A stretch of 64,000 nt of DNA from the human T2T-CHM13v2.0 reference genome, Homo sapiens: NCBI RefSeq assembly GCF_009914755.1, contig NC_060941.1; one strand, 5' to 3'. The notes beneath the pieces were generated by a model, which made no database searches, was not told where the DNA came from, and saw only the letters and a list, made by a program, of their open reading frames with translations. Within the stretch, counting starts at the first letter, position 1. Each line of letters opens with the position of its first letter. Positions 28,617 through 42,099 of this stretch are shown here, piece after piece. The position numbers and the translations under genes are program-made.

Positions 28617-28844
28617 GAAATTTTGGTTGGCTGCATAGCTTGCTAAGTCTTACTATTTCCCTTCCTTTTCATTTTATCACTTTTGCTATGTATGCAGTGC
28701 TATCACATTGTGGTTTTAATTTGCATTTGCAGATGTGAATTTTAAGAGATGTTTGTAGGCATACTTATGGTAATTCAGTAGTCCTTTCCCAAGAAGTATG
28801 TTACAAAAACGGAATTGTAGGTATTCTTGATCAATATTGCCATT

Positions 28845-29024
28845 ATCCTCAATAATGACACTATTGACATTTTGGGTTAAATAATCCTTTGTTGTGAAGG
28901 ATTGTCCTGTGTCTTTTACGATGGTTGGCAGCACAACCTGCAGTTGTGACAGCCAAAAGTGTCTCCAAACATGGCTAAACGTCTGTGAGAAGGGAGGGAC
29001 TCATCCTTGGTTAAGAATCACTGG
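28845..29024 (-). mobile_element. MER20 DNA transposon relic
   Basis: cactattgacattttggg...ctttgttgtg...gttgtgacagccaaaagtgtctcc...ggttaagaatcactg. Confidence 0.78.
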
Positions 29025-29237
29025 TCTAGATCCATTTGGTACATTCTTAGAGATGTGTCAGTCTCTATAAGGTCTTAGAGATAACACAAGAAGTGGGGAT
29101 GTCTACACAGAACTAGTTCCACAAAAACAGCAGTGTGCAGCCCAGGATGGCAAGGGAAGGAAGTCTGTCAGGACCTCTGTATATGTCCCATGACTCAGGA
29201 GGCAGAAGTTTATTTGCAACACTTTAAGAATGTGTGG

Positions 29238-29356
29238 GTGCAGCGCACCAGCATGGCACATGTATACATATGTAACTAACCTGCACAATGTGCACATGTA
29301 CCCTAAAACTTAAAGTATAATAATAATTAAAAAAAAGAAAATTAAAAAAAAAAAAA
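29238..29356 (+). mobile_element. Very young, heavily 5'-truncated L1 (L1HS pre-Ta/L1PA2-type 3' end)
   Basis: gtgcagcgcaccagcatggcacatgtatacatatgtaactaacctgcacaatgtgcacatgtaccctaaaacttaaagtataa plus A-tail; perfect 12-bp TSD aagaatgtgtgg (29226-29237, 29357-29368). Confidence 0.95.
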
Positions 29357-29622
29357 AAGAATGTGTGGTCGCCCTTTCACCACCACCACCAAGATTCTTC
29401 TGCATGCTATCCAACCCACCTTGAAGGGAAACACAGTCATTCAGAAAGATTCTAGCCAGCCAGAACCTGCCCACTAGTGGGAAGCTAAATAGTTGGTTAG
29501 ATGTAATTTGTTTTTAAATTTGCAATATAAAAGAAAAGACAAGTTGCCAGGATATACTTCTCTTATTTACATAGCTTAAAGCAAATATACTTTGAAGCCA
29601 ATTTTTTTTTTAATCATCAAGG

Positions 29623-29623
<1 letters not shown>

Positions 29624-29670
<47 letters not shown>
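29624..29670 (+). repeat. (TG)n microsatellite
   Basis: About 23 perfect units. Confidence 0.97.
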
Positions 29671-29672
<2 letters not shown>

Positions 29673-29753
29673 CAAGAGGAGCAAATAGGTAATAAAGCCT
29701 TGAGGTAAACCGAGATGAGTGTTGAGTCTGGCTGTATATTAAAAACATTGTCA

Positions 29754-30076
<323 letters not shown>

Positions 30077-30109
30077 TAAAAACATTGTCTAACGTTGTTT
30101 ACAAGTGTA

Positions 30110-30415
30110 CTGAGGTCTCTAGAACCAAAACCTTAGATTTAAATCCTGGCTCTGCCACAGAATGTTGGGTCATTTAATTTTATTTAATCTGCTTGTGCTC
30201 CAGTTTCCTCATCTGTAAAATACAGTTTATAAAATCTAAACTATCTCATAAAGTTCTTTGGAGATGAATAAGTTAATTGTCAAAAAGTAACAATTCTGTG
30301 GAACTGGTATTATTACTTTGCCTCACTAAAAAAGGAACTGTGTTCCAAAAGGTGAAGTACGTTGCCTAATATCACATACTTAATTTTAGTAGGGTTAAAT
30401 CTAAAACCCAGTTTC
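30110..30415. mobile_element. Two adjacent MIR fragments (first +, second -)
   Basis: aaatcctggctctgccac...cagtttcctcatctgtaaaa, then aaggaactgtg...gttgcctaatatcacatactt. Confidence 0.6.
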
Positions 30416-31770
30416 TGCAGGATTTTTATTAGACAAGAGGCTTCAGGTGTAATGCATAGGGCTTGTGGCCATCTCTGCTGCAGACCCCTGAGTCTTGCAG
30501 GAAATCCATAATATAAAACCCCTACCCTGCTCCCAAACTACAAAAACCCCAAATACCTCAACCCTGTTTTAAATTTTGTTTTAAACTTTAAGTTTTTCAA
30601 TGATAGGAGATTTTTTTAAAATCTGTATCAATTTTAGTAACCACTTTTTCTTAAATAAGCAGTGCAGATAAGCCATGTCAAAAAATCTACTAAGAAAAAT
30701 CAAGATTGACCTAATGGAAATGAAAAGACAGACCAAATTCAATGTATTAAACATTTCCTTCTTCCATACTCCCTCAGAGTTTATTGTTGTGGTTGTTATT
30801 ACTTAGGTTAATCAAGCTCCCTAAAAACACAATTTCTGCAGGCAGGTTTTTTGGGTGTAATTTTGGCAGAGTGGCATGGTGAGAGTGGAGTGAGGATGGC
30901 AGGATTTGAAAGTAACTGAGGAAAAAGAGGTGGCAGTGACATTCGTACATGTGATTTTATTCCTTGCAAATTTTGCAAGACAAGTGGAATCTTTGGATGA
31001 TTTTTGAAAACTATTTGCAAGACATAATTATATTCCTGTGGAAAGTATTTGAGTTGGGCCAACCTTCCACTGCAGAAAATTATGGGAGAAAATCAGTGGG
31101 CCTTTTTGCTGAATAAAGGCTGACAATAAGGCCTTATAAATCAATTAAAGTCAGATTTATACACCTAAAGCCCCAGATCATTCTGCAGACTTCCTAGGGC
31201 AATTCAGCTTTGTTATCCATGGACTTGGCCACACCAATTGTCCCTTGCTTAACACTAAATCTCAGCTGTCTGAAAAATGAAATTAAACACGTAGAGGCTT
31301 TTACACTGAAACTATTTGGAAAACCATGACAACTCTCCCCAAATTAGGAATCCCATCAGGGTCAGAAAGAGCTTTTGCTAACACCAGGACTTCGGAGCTT
31401 GGGTTCTTAATCCGGGTCTCTGCGTTTCAGAACCCTGTTGTTTGTTTCCATGAAGGCTTTACTAGTTTTATAAGAATAAGGCCAACAATTGGTCACACGC
31501 AGCACAGAAGAGAATCCAAGCACAACCTGTGACAGCAAGGCAACCCTACAAGCTTAGGACCTGCGGCAGATGCCAAGGTCTTAGGTCAGCCCTCTGTGTG
31601 AAGAGACACCTTCTGTCTTCTGAACTAGTGTTCATATTTTCTATTACCCATAACTGACCCAATGGCTCTGAAACTTTTCTACAAACCTGTCACTGTGCCT
31701 ATAGTCCCTCTAGCCAACACATTTTAGCAAGCCATCGTTCCTGAAGGAAATATGCTCAAGTTAGAGGGGA

Positions 31771-32042
31771 GGCCAGGCACGGTGGCTCACACCTATAATC
31801 CCAGCACTTTGAGAGTCCGAGGCGGGCAGATCACTTGAGGTCAGGAGATTGAGACCAGGGCGAACATGATGAAACCCCATCTCTACTAAAAAATACAAAA
31901 ATTAGCTGGGTGTGGTGGTGCATGCCTCTAATCCCAGCTATTTGGGAGGCTGAGGCACTGAGGCACGAGACTGCGGCACGAGGCTGAGGCACTCCAGCCT
32001 GGGTGACAGAGGGAGACTCTGTCTCCAAAAAAAAAAAAAAAA
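31771..32042 (+). mobile_element. AluS with rearranged right arm
   Basis: Normal left arm; the right-arm middle is replaced by gaggctgaggcac-like repeats; TSD aagttagag. Confidence 0.93.
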
Positions 32043-32334
32043 AAGTTAGAGACATAGCTAAGACCTCCAACCTCTCAGCATTAAAAAAGAGAGAAAAACA
32101 AAAGGAGGGGCAAATTCAAATAGCTCGTTCCTTCTAAGCCCTCACCTGACTCACTCACAATGCAAGATGGCACCAATCACTAAGCACAAGCTACAAGTGG
32201 CCAGATCTGACTAGCCAGAATGGAAGCGGCCACAACCCCAGGAGCTCTGGTGCTGTGTTGAGCACTTTGGAAAAGTTGTGGTAACTCTCTCAGACCCACC
32301 ATCCCTGAGACAGAAACTTATCTCCTGGATTAGT

Positions 32335-32510
32335 ACAATGGCTCCAGATCCTGTCTACGCATGAGGATCACCTGGGAAGCTAAAAATCTAAGCCCCTATG
32401 CTACCACCAATACCAATGAAGTCTCTGAGGGTGGGACCTAAGGAATATGTTTTTGAATTTTATTGTTGTTGTTTATAATTTCCCTAGGAAATTCTGACTG
32501 CAAGCACCCT
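32335..32510. mobile_element. MER5-family DNA transposon relic
   Basis: ggatcacctgggaagct...tctctgagggtgggacctaaggaat...attctga. Confidence 0.55.
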
Positions 32511-32889
32511 TTGGTATGTGTACCACCCACAGAAACACTGAACAGTCCCATCTACAGACTCATTGTGTGCAGAAGTATGTTTATTTAAAAAAATTATTTT
32601 GGAAGGCCTGCAAACAACCTTCACCTGTTAAATATTTTCCCCTTAGTAAATATGACTAAATTTTATTTCCCTAAGTGCTTGTCTCCCACATAAACTGCTT
32701 TTACAGAAACTAAATGTTATTACTCAGAGAAACACACCACACTTTGTAAAAGCATCACACGTATCTTATTTGGAGGAATTGTCTAATGAAGAAAAGTACA
32801 ATGGCAGAAATCAAAAGTTTCTTCAAGTCTTAATTCTGTGAGCCTCTCAAATACATATTTTTCTTTTTCATGGATAATTTGATATGTAA

Positions 32890-33214
<325 letters not shown>

Positions 33215-33494
33215 ACTATAACATTTTCTAGATGGAAACATGAGGTTTGACAGTGAAAGCACAATGAATCATTTTTTTTCCTGTAAATTACCATCATATC
33301 AATTGCATGTTTGAAAAACAAACACATATGAATCCAAGTATTTTGTTCTGCTGACTTTGGTCCACGTTTCTTGACTTACAAAAAATTTCTAAATTAAAAA
33401 ATTCTAGATTAAAAAGATTTTGTGTATTCTACTTTAGTGCCATAATATTACATTGAAATTTTCTACCACAAGTTACACATCACTATATGAACTA

Positions 33495-33584
33495 AAAAAA
33501 AAAAAAAAAAGAAGGAAGGAGAAGAAACAGAAGAAAGAAAGAAAAGAAAAGAAAAAAGAAAAGAGAAAGAGAGACAAAGAAAAA
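33495..33584 (+). repeat. Poly-A / GA-rich low-complexity tract
   Basis: Directly visible; no attached retroelement recognised. Confidence 0.9.
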
Positions 33585-33779
33585 TATTTGTCAGAGTTTC
33601 ACTGAAATCTCAACATGCCTTTGGCCAGCCTCCTTTGTTAAGAAGGGTAGGAAGAATAAAGGGTCAGAGAAGTGGTTAATAATCCTTACTGAAATTTTGC
33701 CTCTATTGTTTCTACTGTTCCACTATTTCTCTTTTTTCCTCCAATCATCAACTTTTCTACTCATTTCAGAGAAATGTTG

Positions 33780-33958
33780 AACACACAGCAAGATGGCAGC
33801 TGACTACAAGCTAAGAGAAGAGGCTTCATAATAAAACCTATCTTGCTGGCACCTTGACCTTGGACTTCTCAGCCTCTGGAACTGTGAGAAACAATTTAAA
33901 TTGTTTAGACCACCCAGTTGGTGATAATTTATTATAACAGCCTAAGCAGACTAATATA
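33780..33958 (+). mobile_element. MLT1A/B MaLR LTR 3' portion
   Basis: gctggcaccttgaccttggacttctcagcctctggaactgtgagaaa...gcagactaatata. Confidence 0.8.
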
Positions 33959-34011
33959 ACTAGTTATTTGGAGACAGAGCCAGTTGCGAGAATCTGAGCA
34001 GACGTTGGTAG

Positions 34012-34464
34012 CGTCAACCTAAACGGAAGAAGCTGAGGCAAAATTAACGTAAGTAGAGAGTTTCTTTGGGCCAAGCTGGAGGAGTGCTACCCTGGAGCAT
34101 AGACTGAAATTGCCCTGAATATATACTCTGATTAGTAGCAGTAACAAATGAATCTGTAAAGGCAAAAGAGGTGGACAGGGAGTGGGCTGATATAAAGTTG
34201 TTTGTCGGGAATTCTCATAGGTTTGCAGAAATAACATTGATTTGGGATTGGCTATACTTGTTAAGCCATAGAGTATGGGTAATAGTGACTGGGGTGTCAA
34301 ATTATTAGGTTAATTTATAGTTACTGTGGCAAGAGCAAACAATTTTAAGAGATGAAACTTAAAAGGAAGAGTAGGACATGATTGCTATCTCATTTTAATG
34401 TCTCTCTGTGCCTGATAATGGAAAGAACTTCCTTTTCTCAGATCAAATTTATTTTATTTTCTCA
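34012..34464 (-). mobile_element. ERV1 solo LTR (MER31-like)
   Basis: gtaggacatgattgctatctcattttaatgtctctctg...tgataat...ctcagat resembles the reverse of the MER31/MER67 5' end; subfamily uncertain. Confidence 0.65.
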
Positions 34465-34528
34465 ATAGATAAACATGTTTATGATCACTTTGCTTTTTTT
34501 TCAGCAGTTGATAGTACTCTGGTCCTTT

Positions 34529-35331
34529 TGAGACTGCCTTTGAAAAATTATAACAGTGAGAAATCTAACATAATTGACCCCATTTTGCTTCTAACCTCAC
34601 AAACTATCTTTGCTCACTTTTGTGCATAGGCTAAGCTAATTATGGGAAGAATTTAGTTTATCATTTAACTGACGAATTTAGTTTATAGTTTAATTTTAAA
34701 GCAATGATAATAATAGTCCCATTTCAAAGCTAACTCCCTCCCTGTCGGGGGACCAAACCACCAATGTAAAGCTAATGAAAAGCCACAAGGTTAAAATTTT
34801 GATAGGGGCCTGAATCCTGCTAAGATATAGGCATAGTTGAACAGCAAGCAGTCATTGTTTCCTGTCTTGCTTTCTATAATTGCTTACTGCTTAGGAGTCA
34901 TGTAGCTCTGATCACAAGATTTGTAACTTCCCTAATTGCCCCCATTGATAACATCACTATAGTGAAACCTAAGACTAGTCTTTGAGATATTTTTCAGATT
35001 TTGCTTTCTGATGGATCAACTGATACCACTTGGACCAGTGATCCCCACCCAGGAACTGACTCAGTGCACAAAGACAGTTTTGGCAGCCCTATGACTTCAT
35101 CCCTACTCCAACTAATCAGTAGAACCCATTCCTTAGTCCCCTTCCCACCTAACCACCCTTAAAATCCCTAGTCTCCAAATTTTCAGAGAAGTAGGTTTGA
35201 GAAGTATCTCCTATGCTCCTCTCTTGGCCACTCTGCAATTATTAAACTCTTTCTCTGCTGCAACATCTGCTATCTCACTGTATTGGCTTTTTCTGGGTGG
35301 CAGACAAGAAAAACCTGGTTGGATGATAACA
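34529..35331 (+). mobile_element. LTR8-family (LTR8A/8B-like) ERV1 solo LTR
   Basis: tgagactgcctttgaaaaattata...ttgcttctaacctc...gaatttagtttatagttt...gaactgactcag...attaaactctttctctgctgcaa...ataaca. Confidence 0.82.
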
Positions 35332-35764
35332 TTTTCACTACCTCTAATCCAACCTAACATCACACAAATCTCAGAAACAAAAGACTGCTTCTGAATATTC
35401 CATACTCTGCTATCCCCAAGTCAAGATACAGTCGTTCAAAGATTTTGAGAAAAAAATTCTATATCTAACATTGAATCTTGAATATTCAACTTAGATATTA
35501 ACAGAAAATTGCTTCTAAACCTCAACAATATTATTTGTGGTTTTACATTTTTAAAAATATCATAAGTAGTGCCCCAGGTACAACTTGCTTGCAAAAATCT
35601 AATATTTATTTCAAAACCCAATCAAACTTCTCTGATTGCTCCCAAAGCTATGTTTAGAAAATACTTCTCCCAAGATTCCAATTGGTAACCTAGCTGGGCC
35701 TTAATGATTATTTCTTTGAAAATATCAGTAATTATAATAATCACTGAATTAGAATTATAATATT

Positions 35765-36000
35765 AGCTAAACTTTGTTAAGTACTTGCCTTGTGCCAGTT
35801 AAGATTCTAAGTGTTCCCATTAATTTGTTTAACCTTCCCATTTATTTGTTTAACCTTCACATCAATCCTATAAGGCTCACCTGTTACTCTTATTATATTC
35901 AAAGGTGGAAACTGAGGATAAATAACCCACAGAAAGCCACAAAGCTAGTAAGAAATAGAATCAGGTTAAAACTTGTCCTAGAATCCACAGGCTTAACCAT
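35765..36000 (-). mobile_element. MIR SINE containing a 21-bp tandem duplication (35814-35855)
   Basis: tgtgccag...ggaaactgagg...aaagccacaaagctagtaag; ttcccatt(a/t)atttgtttaacc x2. Confidence 0.65.
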
Positions 36001-37507
36001 TACTCAGAAGATTTTTCCTTTTTGCCTGGATGAAAGTTCAGTGGCTTCTGAAGTTGGTTTGTGTCTCAGAGCTCACATTCTTCTCATTGTTTGGAAAGTT
36101 GCTGGTACATTATCTTGGGGTTACATCCAGCACTTTATGGACTCTACCCCCAAACTACCTTCCAGTTTTCTCTCTCTAGCTAATATGAATCCTATCTTGA
36201 GAGGATAATAGACAACCTGACATTCTCAAATATGCTCAGGATGTCTCTGCCTTTATTATTTATTCATACTGTTTCCTTTAAAAGAAATGCTTATTTTCTT
36301 GCCATTACCTATAAAAAGCTCACGTGTCTTTCTGAATTCAGCTCAAAATCTGTTGCTTCCATGAAACTTAAGCTAGGCTTCTTTTTGGAATTAATTTTCT
36401 CCTCTTTGATTTTATTACGTATTTATTTCTATTCTTTCACTTCAAAGCTTGGATCTTGAGTATAATTAATCAAATGTTTGCTTATCTCTCTCACTGCTCT
36501 GTAAATTCCTTGAAGGCTAAGATGGGTGCTACTAACATTTTTGTACCCTCCAAAGGACTTAAGACAGAGCTTCTAAATGTTTGTATTAAAATATTTTTAA
36601 TTGAAGTATAACTAATAAGAGTGCACTGATTGCAAGTATACACTGTGATGAATGCTCACATAATGAACATATCTATAAGTGATAAATTAGATTATTGCTA
36701 GCCCTCTGGAAGTCACTATTTTGCCCCCATTCCCCAATAAGATAACCTTCCTGAATTCCACCCACTTGTTAGTTTTGTCTACTGTTAAACATTGCTTGCA
36801 TGGGATCATGTAGTCTGTACTTTTTCTATCTGGTTTCTTTCTCTCAACATTGTATTTGTGAGATCCACCAGCTTTTGTCTAGAAGTAGTTTGTAAATGTT
36901 TACATAGTATGTAGTATTCCACTGTGTGAATATACCACCAAGTATTTATCCATTCACCTGTTGATGGACATTTAGATTGCTTCCAATTTGAAGCCATTAT
37001 GAACAGTGCTGCTATCAACATTCCTGTGCATGTCTTTGCTATACATGTGTAAGCATTTCACTGGATACATACCTAAGCCTGGAATTGAGTCATATGGCAT
37101 ACACATGCTCAATTTCAGTAGAAACTGACAGTTTTCCAAAAGGATTGCATTTCCTTGATGAACAATGAGATTGAACACTTATTCATATGTTCATTGACTA
37201 TTGGGGTATCCCCCTTTATGAAATGCCTATTCAAGTACCTTCTCTATGCTTATATTGTGTTATCTTTTTCCCATTGACTTTTAAAAAATATTTATACATT
37301 GTGAAACCAAACATTTTGTATATTTTCTCTCAATCTGTGGCTTACTAAATTCTTTTTTATGAATAGAAGTTCCTAATTTTAATGTCATCAATGTATCAGT
37401 GTTTTAATTCATGGTTTATAGTCTTTTGTTACTTATAAAAGAAATCTCTGTCAACCACACACTTATAGTTTTCTATGTTTTATTTTATTGGTAATCAAAG
37501 TGGGGTG

Positions 37508-37903
37508 TGTTAAATTAAGTATAGCCTAAAACTGCCTCCATATGTATTTCAAGTTTGGCCTAAAGGTTTCTCTGTACACTGTGAACTGTAACCTAACTGG
37601 GTGTGTAAACAGACTATAACTTACTCTTGTGCCACATCACTGAATGCCAGCCAACCAAAGGTAGCCAACTGCTCAAACCATGTTCAAATAAGGCAAACAC
37701 AAAACTGTAACCAATCTGGCTGTTTCCATATCTCACTTCCCATATTCTGTACATTGCTTTACTTTCTCTGTCCAAAAGTCTTCTTCCATCACGTGGCTGT
37801 GGTGGAGTGTCTGAACCTATTCTGGTTCAGGGGCTGCCTGATTGAAAAATCATTCTTTATTCAATTAATCTCTGTTAATTTGTCTAAAGTTTTCCTTTTA
37901 ACA
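37508..37903 (+). mobile_element. MER57-type ERV1 solo LTR
   Basis: tgttaaattaagtatagcctaaa...tgttcaaataaggcaaac...ttttaaca; perfect 4-bp TSD GGTG. Confidence 0.88.
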
Positions 37904-38324
37904 GGTGTGGTATGTATTTTTTCTGTTCCATATGCATTATCCATTGACCAAACATCACTTACTGCTCTGCAGTGCTACCTTGCCCAAAATCAAGTATCTC
38001 CGTATGTATGGGCCTGCTCCTCACTGCCTGTTCTGCTCAACTGGTTCATCATTCCATCAATTCCACACTCTTTTAATCCTGCAGTTTTAGATTGTTTTTA
38101 TGCACAGTAGTGCATCATCTCTAGCTCCATACCTTTACAGGAATTTTAGAATCATTATTGAGCTTATTCACTTTCATATACATTTTAGATTCGTCCTATC
38201 AGTTCCAAATGGATTTTTTATGGGATTTTATGAAATCTATTAATCATTTTGAGGAAAGTTGACATCTTTTCATTATGAACACATTGTCCTCAATGTGTTT
38301 AGATTTTCTTTAACTTTTTTCTCA

Positions 38325-38580
38325 CCAAATACCACATGTTCTCACTTAGACACAGGAGCTAAATGATGAGAAGACATGGACATAGAAGGGTGGAACATAC
38401 ACTGGGGCCTATTGGAGGGTAGAAGGTGGGAGGAGGGAGAGGATCAGGAAAATTAACTAATGGGTACTGGAACCTGGGTGATGAAATAATCTGTACAATA
38501 AACCCTCATGACACAACTTTACTTATGTAACAAACCTGAGCAGGTTCCCCTGAACTTAAAAGTTAAATTTTAAAAAAAGA
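38325..38580 (+). mobile_element. L1PA13-16-type 3' end
   Basis: ccaaataccacatgttctcactta...gggtagaaggtgggaggagggagaggatcagg...cctgaacttaaaagtt. Confidence 0.88.
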
Positions 38581-41163
38581 ATATCTGTGAATAGAGACTT
38601 AACCAGTATTTTGACAAGAAATATAGAGATTCAAATGGAAAAATAGATTTTCTTTAATTTTTCTCAATGTTTTATGGATTTTGTCTAATAATCTTTCCTC
38701 ATTTTCATTAAACTTAATCCTAAGTATTTGATGAGTTTTTTGATGCTAATTTAGATACTTTTAAAATTAAAACGTTTGTTTTGTTAATGTTTGCATATGC
38801 AATTAAAGTTTTATGCTGATATTGTATACAATGGCCTTGCTAAATTTAATTATTGATTGTAAATATTTTCTGTATTTATAATGATACCATCTATTAGTTT
38901 TGACAATTTTATTTCTTCCTCTACAATTCTTATATATTTTTGACACCGTTGACCTATAACAGTTGCTAAAACTTTCAGCATAATGCTTCCAGAAATGAGG
39001 ATAGTGTCTCCTTCCCAATCCCAAAACTTCAATATTTCAATAATAAATAATACATTTGCTATAGATATATTTCAGGCAACATTTATCGTATTAAGGATGT
39101 TATTTTCTATTTATGGTTATTAAAAGGTTTTTTAGAAATTATTATTATGAATGAATATAGAATTATATCAAGTGAGTACGTCAAGTGAAATGATCATATG
39201 CTTTTTCTACTTTTGTTAATGGGGTGATTACTTTGATAGGTTTGGTTTTCAAATATTAAATTAATATTCTATTTCTGTATAAATCCATCTTAGTTATAAC
39301 ATGTTGTCCTTTTCAATATTTCAAAATGGATTTGCTAATATTTTTCTTAGAATGTCTTGCATATATATTTATAAGGGAGGTTAATCTGTAATTTTCTTGC
39401 CATGTTTTGGTATGAAAGTTATACTGACCTCATAAAAAGAATTGGGAAATTATCAGTTTTTCTGTTATATTTACTTTTCCATTATATTTTTTTCCTTTAA
39501 ATATTTGGTAGAATTACCATTCAACACTGACTTGTAATTTTTTTGTGTAGGACTTTTTAAATTCTAGATTTCATTTTTGTAAATACATAAAGGACTATTT
39601 CCTTTTTTGTTTCTTCTCATGTCAGTACTAGTAAGTTTCATTTTTCTAGGGATTTTATTATTGTAAATTTTCAAATTTTTAGCTTAAAATTATTCATAAT
39701 ATTCTATAATTTATTTTCATAGATCTAGAGCAATGAGTCATTTTCAGGTATATTATAGCAAAGCGGACTTTATGTGAGACTGCTGCAGAAAAGTTCCCTC
39801 AATTTTTGCTTCCCTAATAGTGCCATTATTTTATCTTCATTGCTGAAGAGTATTTCTAACTAGACACAACATTCAGATTTGACAGTGATTTTTTTTCTCT
39901 GCACTTTTTCCTCTTCTATATAGGTTTATGTCGTTTGTTTCTTTTGAGAAGTCAGCTGTCAGTTGCTTTCCTTGTTGCTTTGAGTGTAAGATGTTTTATT
40001 TCTGACTTTTCTACTCATTGTCACAGAGTGGGGGAGGGGGGTTTGTCCACAAAATTTTGTTATTCATTGTTGGATGCAGACCCTGTCCATATTTTAAATT
40101 TTAAATTTGATAGCATTTAAAAATGTTAATCAGTCTCCTTGTTAAATTTCATAAATGCAGCTTTCAGAGCAGTGAGAACTTTCTTTCCTTGTAGGTTTTT
40201 ATTTTCCTCCTCTAGAATAAACTGTTAGAACAGGTAAGAGAGCTGATATATGACAAAAATATTAAGGCACCACCACATGACTTCACAAAGACCTGGGTCC
40301 AGGATAGCACAAAAAAACTGTGGTTCTTCGTACATGTATGAAAATGGCTCCAATATTGAAAAATTAGGTAAGGTTACCAAAGATTCAAGTTATAGTCTGG
40401 CTTGACTTTGCTAAGGATATTGTAATTACCATGTGTGTCTGTATGTTTGTGTGCATATACATGTATATGTGTGAACATATATAAGAAGTAAGGAGAATTT
40501 TGTGCTCAAATCCTCATTGATAACTCCTTAATAAAAATTTAAAATTACTCCCTAAAATGATGATGAATATTCTACGTATTTTCGTTTCACTAATGTACAT
40601 TCTCTATTTAACTCATACATGTAGTTAAAATGCATGCAAATTCACTAATATGTGTTTGTGTCAGTTGCCTTTAATGCAAAATGCCATAGGGTTATAAAAT
40701 AGTGACAGTAGAAGCCTTGGAGTGGGCAGATGGTTTGCTTAAAGTATATGTTTCTCTAAAGGTTAATTCTTTTCATCTTCCTAAGGTACTTTATCATCTT
40801 TAAAACTGTATTATTATTCTAGTAATCTTTCAAAGGGAAATGGTCAAACTGGACAACAATTTATGTATAAAGGTGATCTCCATAGCTTATTGATAATTTA
40901 AAATACTATTAGCATCTAAGTATCTAACACCCGCTATAAGTAAACAAATTATGGACCATCTTTACCATAAAATGTTAAATTAAATATTTTTTAAAACATG
41001 GGACATTATTTCTACTAAAATGTTAAGCGAGAAGCATAAAGTACTAGAACATTAAACACACTATGATCTCAATTGATGGAAAGAAAAACAAATATGTAAA
41101 GAACAGGTATTAACTTTGAGAATTGCAGGTGATTTTTATTTTCTTTTTAGAAATATTTATTTA

Positions 41164-41522
<359 letters not shown>

Positions 41523-42099
41523 GGAAACATTTATTTAATATTAATTTAATTCATTCCAATACTCCAAAATTATAAAGAAATAATAGTTATTATTCACTTT
41601 ATAACATTGCTTGGAACCCCAGTCATATATAGAATGCTCTATGATCATTCTTTCAGGTAGATCAATGGTCCATTGCTTAATAGGTTATGGCTTATGTAAC
41701 ATGGCAATTTTAGAGATTTCTATCCTTTTAAAGACACCAGACCTCACTTCCAGTAAACAAAGTGGTGAATAAGGAAAGAATTCCTTTCAAGTTTCTTACC
41801 CGTATATCAGCACAAGGGAAGTTCAAGTAATTAGCTAAAGAATTTAGGCCAAAATATGCTCTTAAAAAAAATACTGGATGTTGGAGCTCAGTGGCCAAGA
41901 TTATTTGTCAATGTTGATCAAATTTACCAGCTGGTTGCTTAACCTCTGCTTTTTGTCTGCCTTTGAATATACATACAGCTTCGGGCAGTCAAAGGAATCA
42001 ATACTGCCATATATTCCTATCACTGAGCATCTGCGTTTATAGTCAGTTTGTTTAGACATCATGCCAGAATAACCAGTTCAAGAGTGAAAAACATAACCA

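Larger units (their letters stand above)
36595..40010 (-). mobile_element. Old L1M (3' UTR into ORF2), fragmented, hosting MER57 and L1PA insertions
   Basis: gtgtgaatataccac...ccattcacctgttgatggacatttag. ORFs 36806-37021 (IAALFIMASNWKQSKCPSTGEWIN) and 38850-39032 (LKVLA...EEEIKLS) are decayed L1 ORF2. Confidence 0.85.

Noticed and set aside
37601-38110. Longest ORF in the window (169 aa)
   Set aside because: Starts at GTG inside the MER57 LTR and runs into antisense L1M; no recognisable domain.
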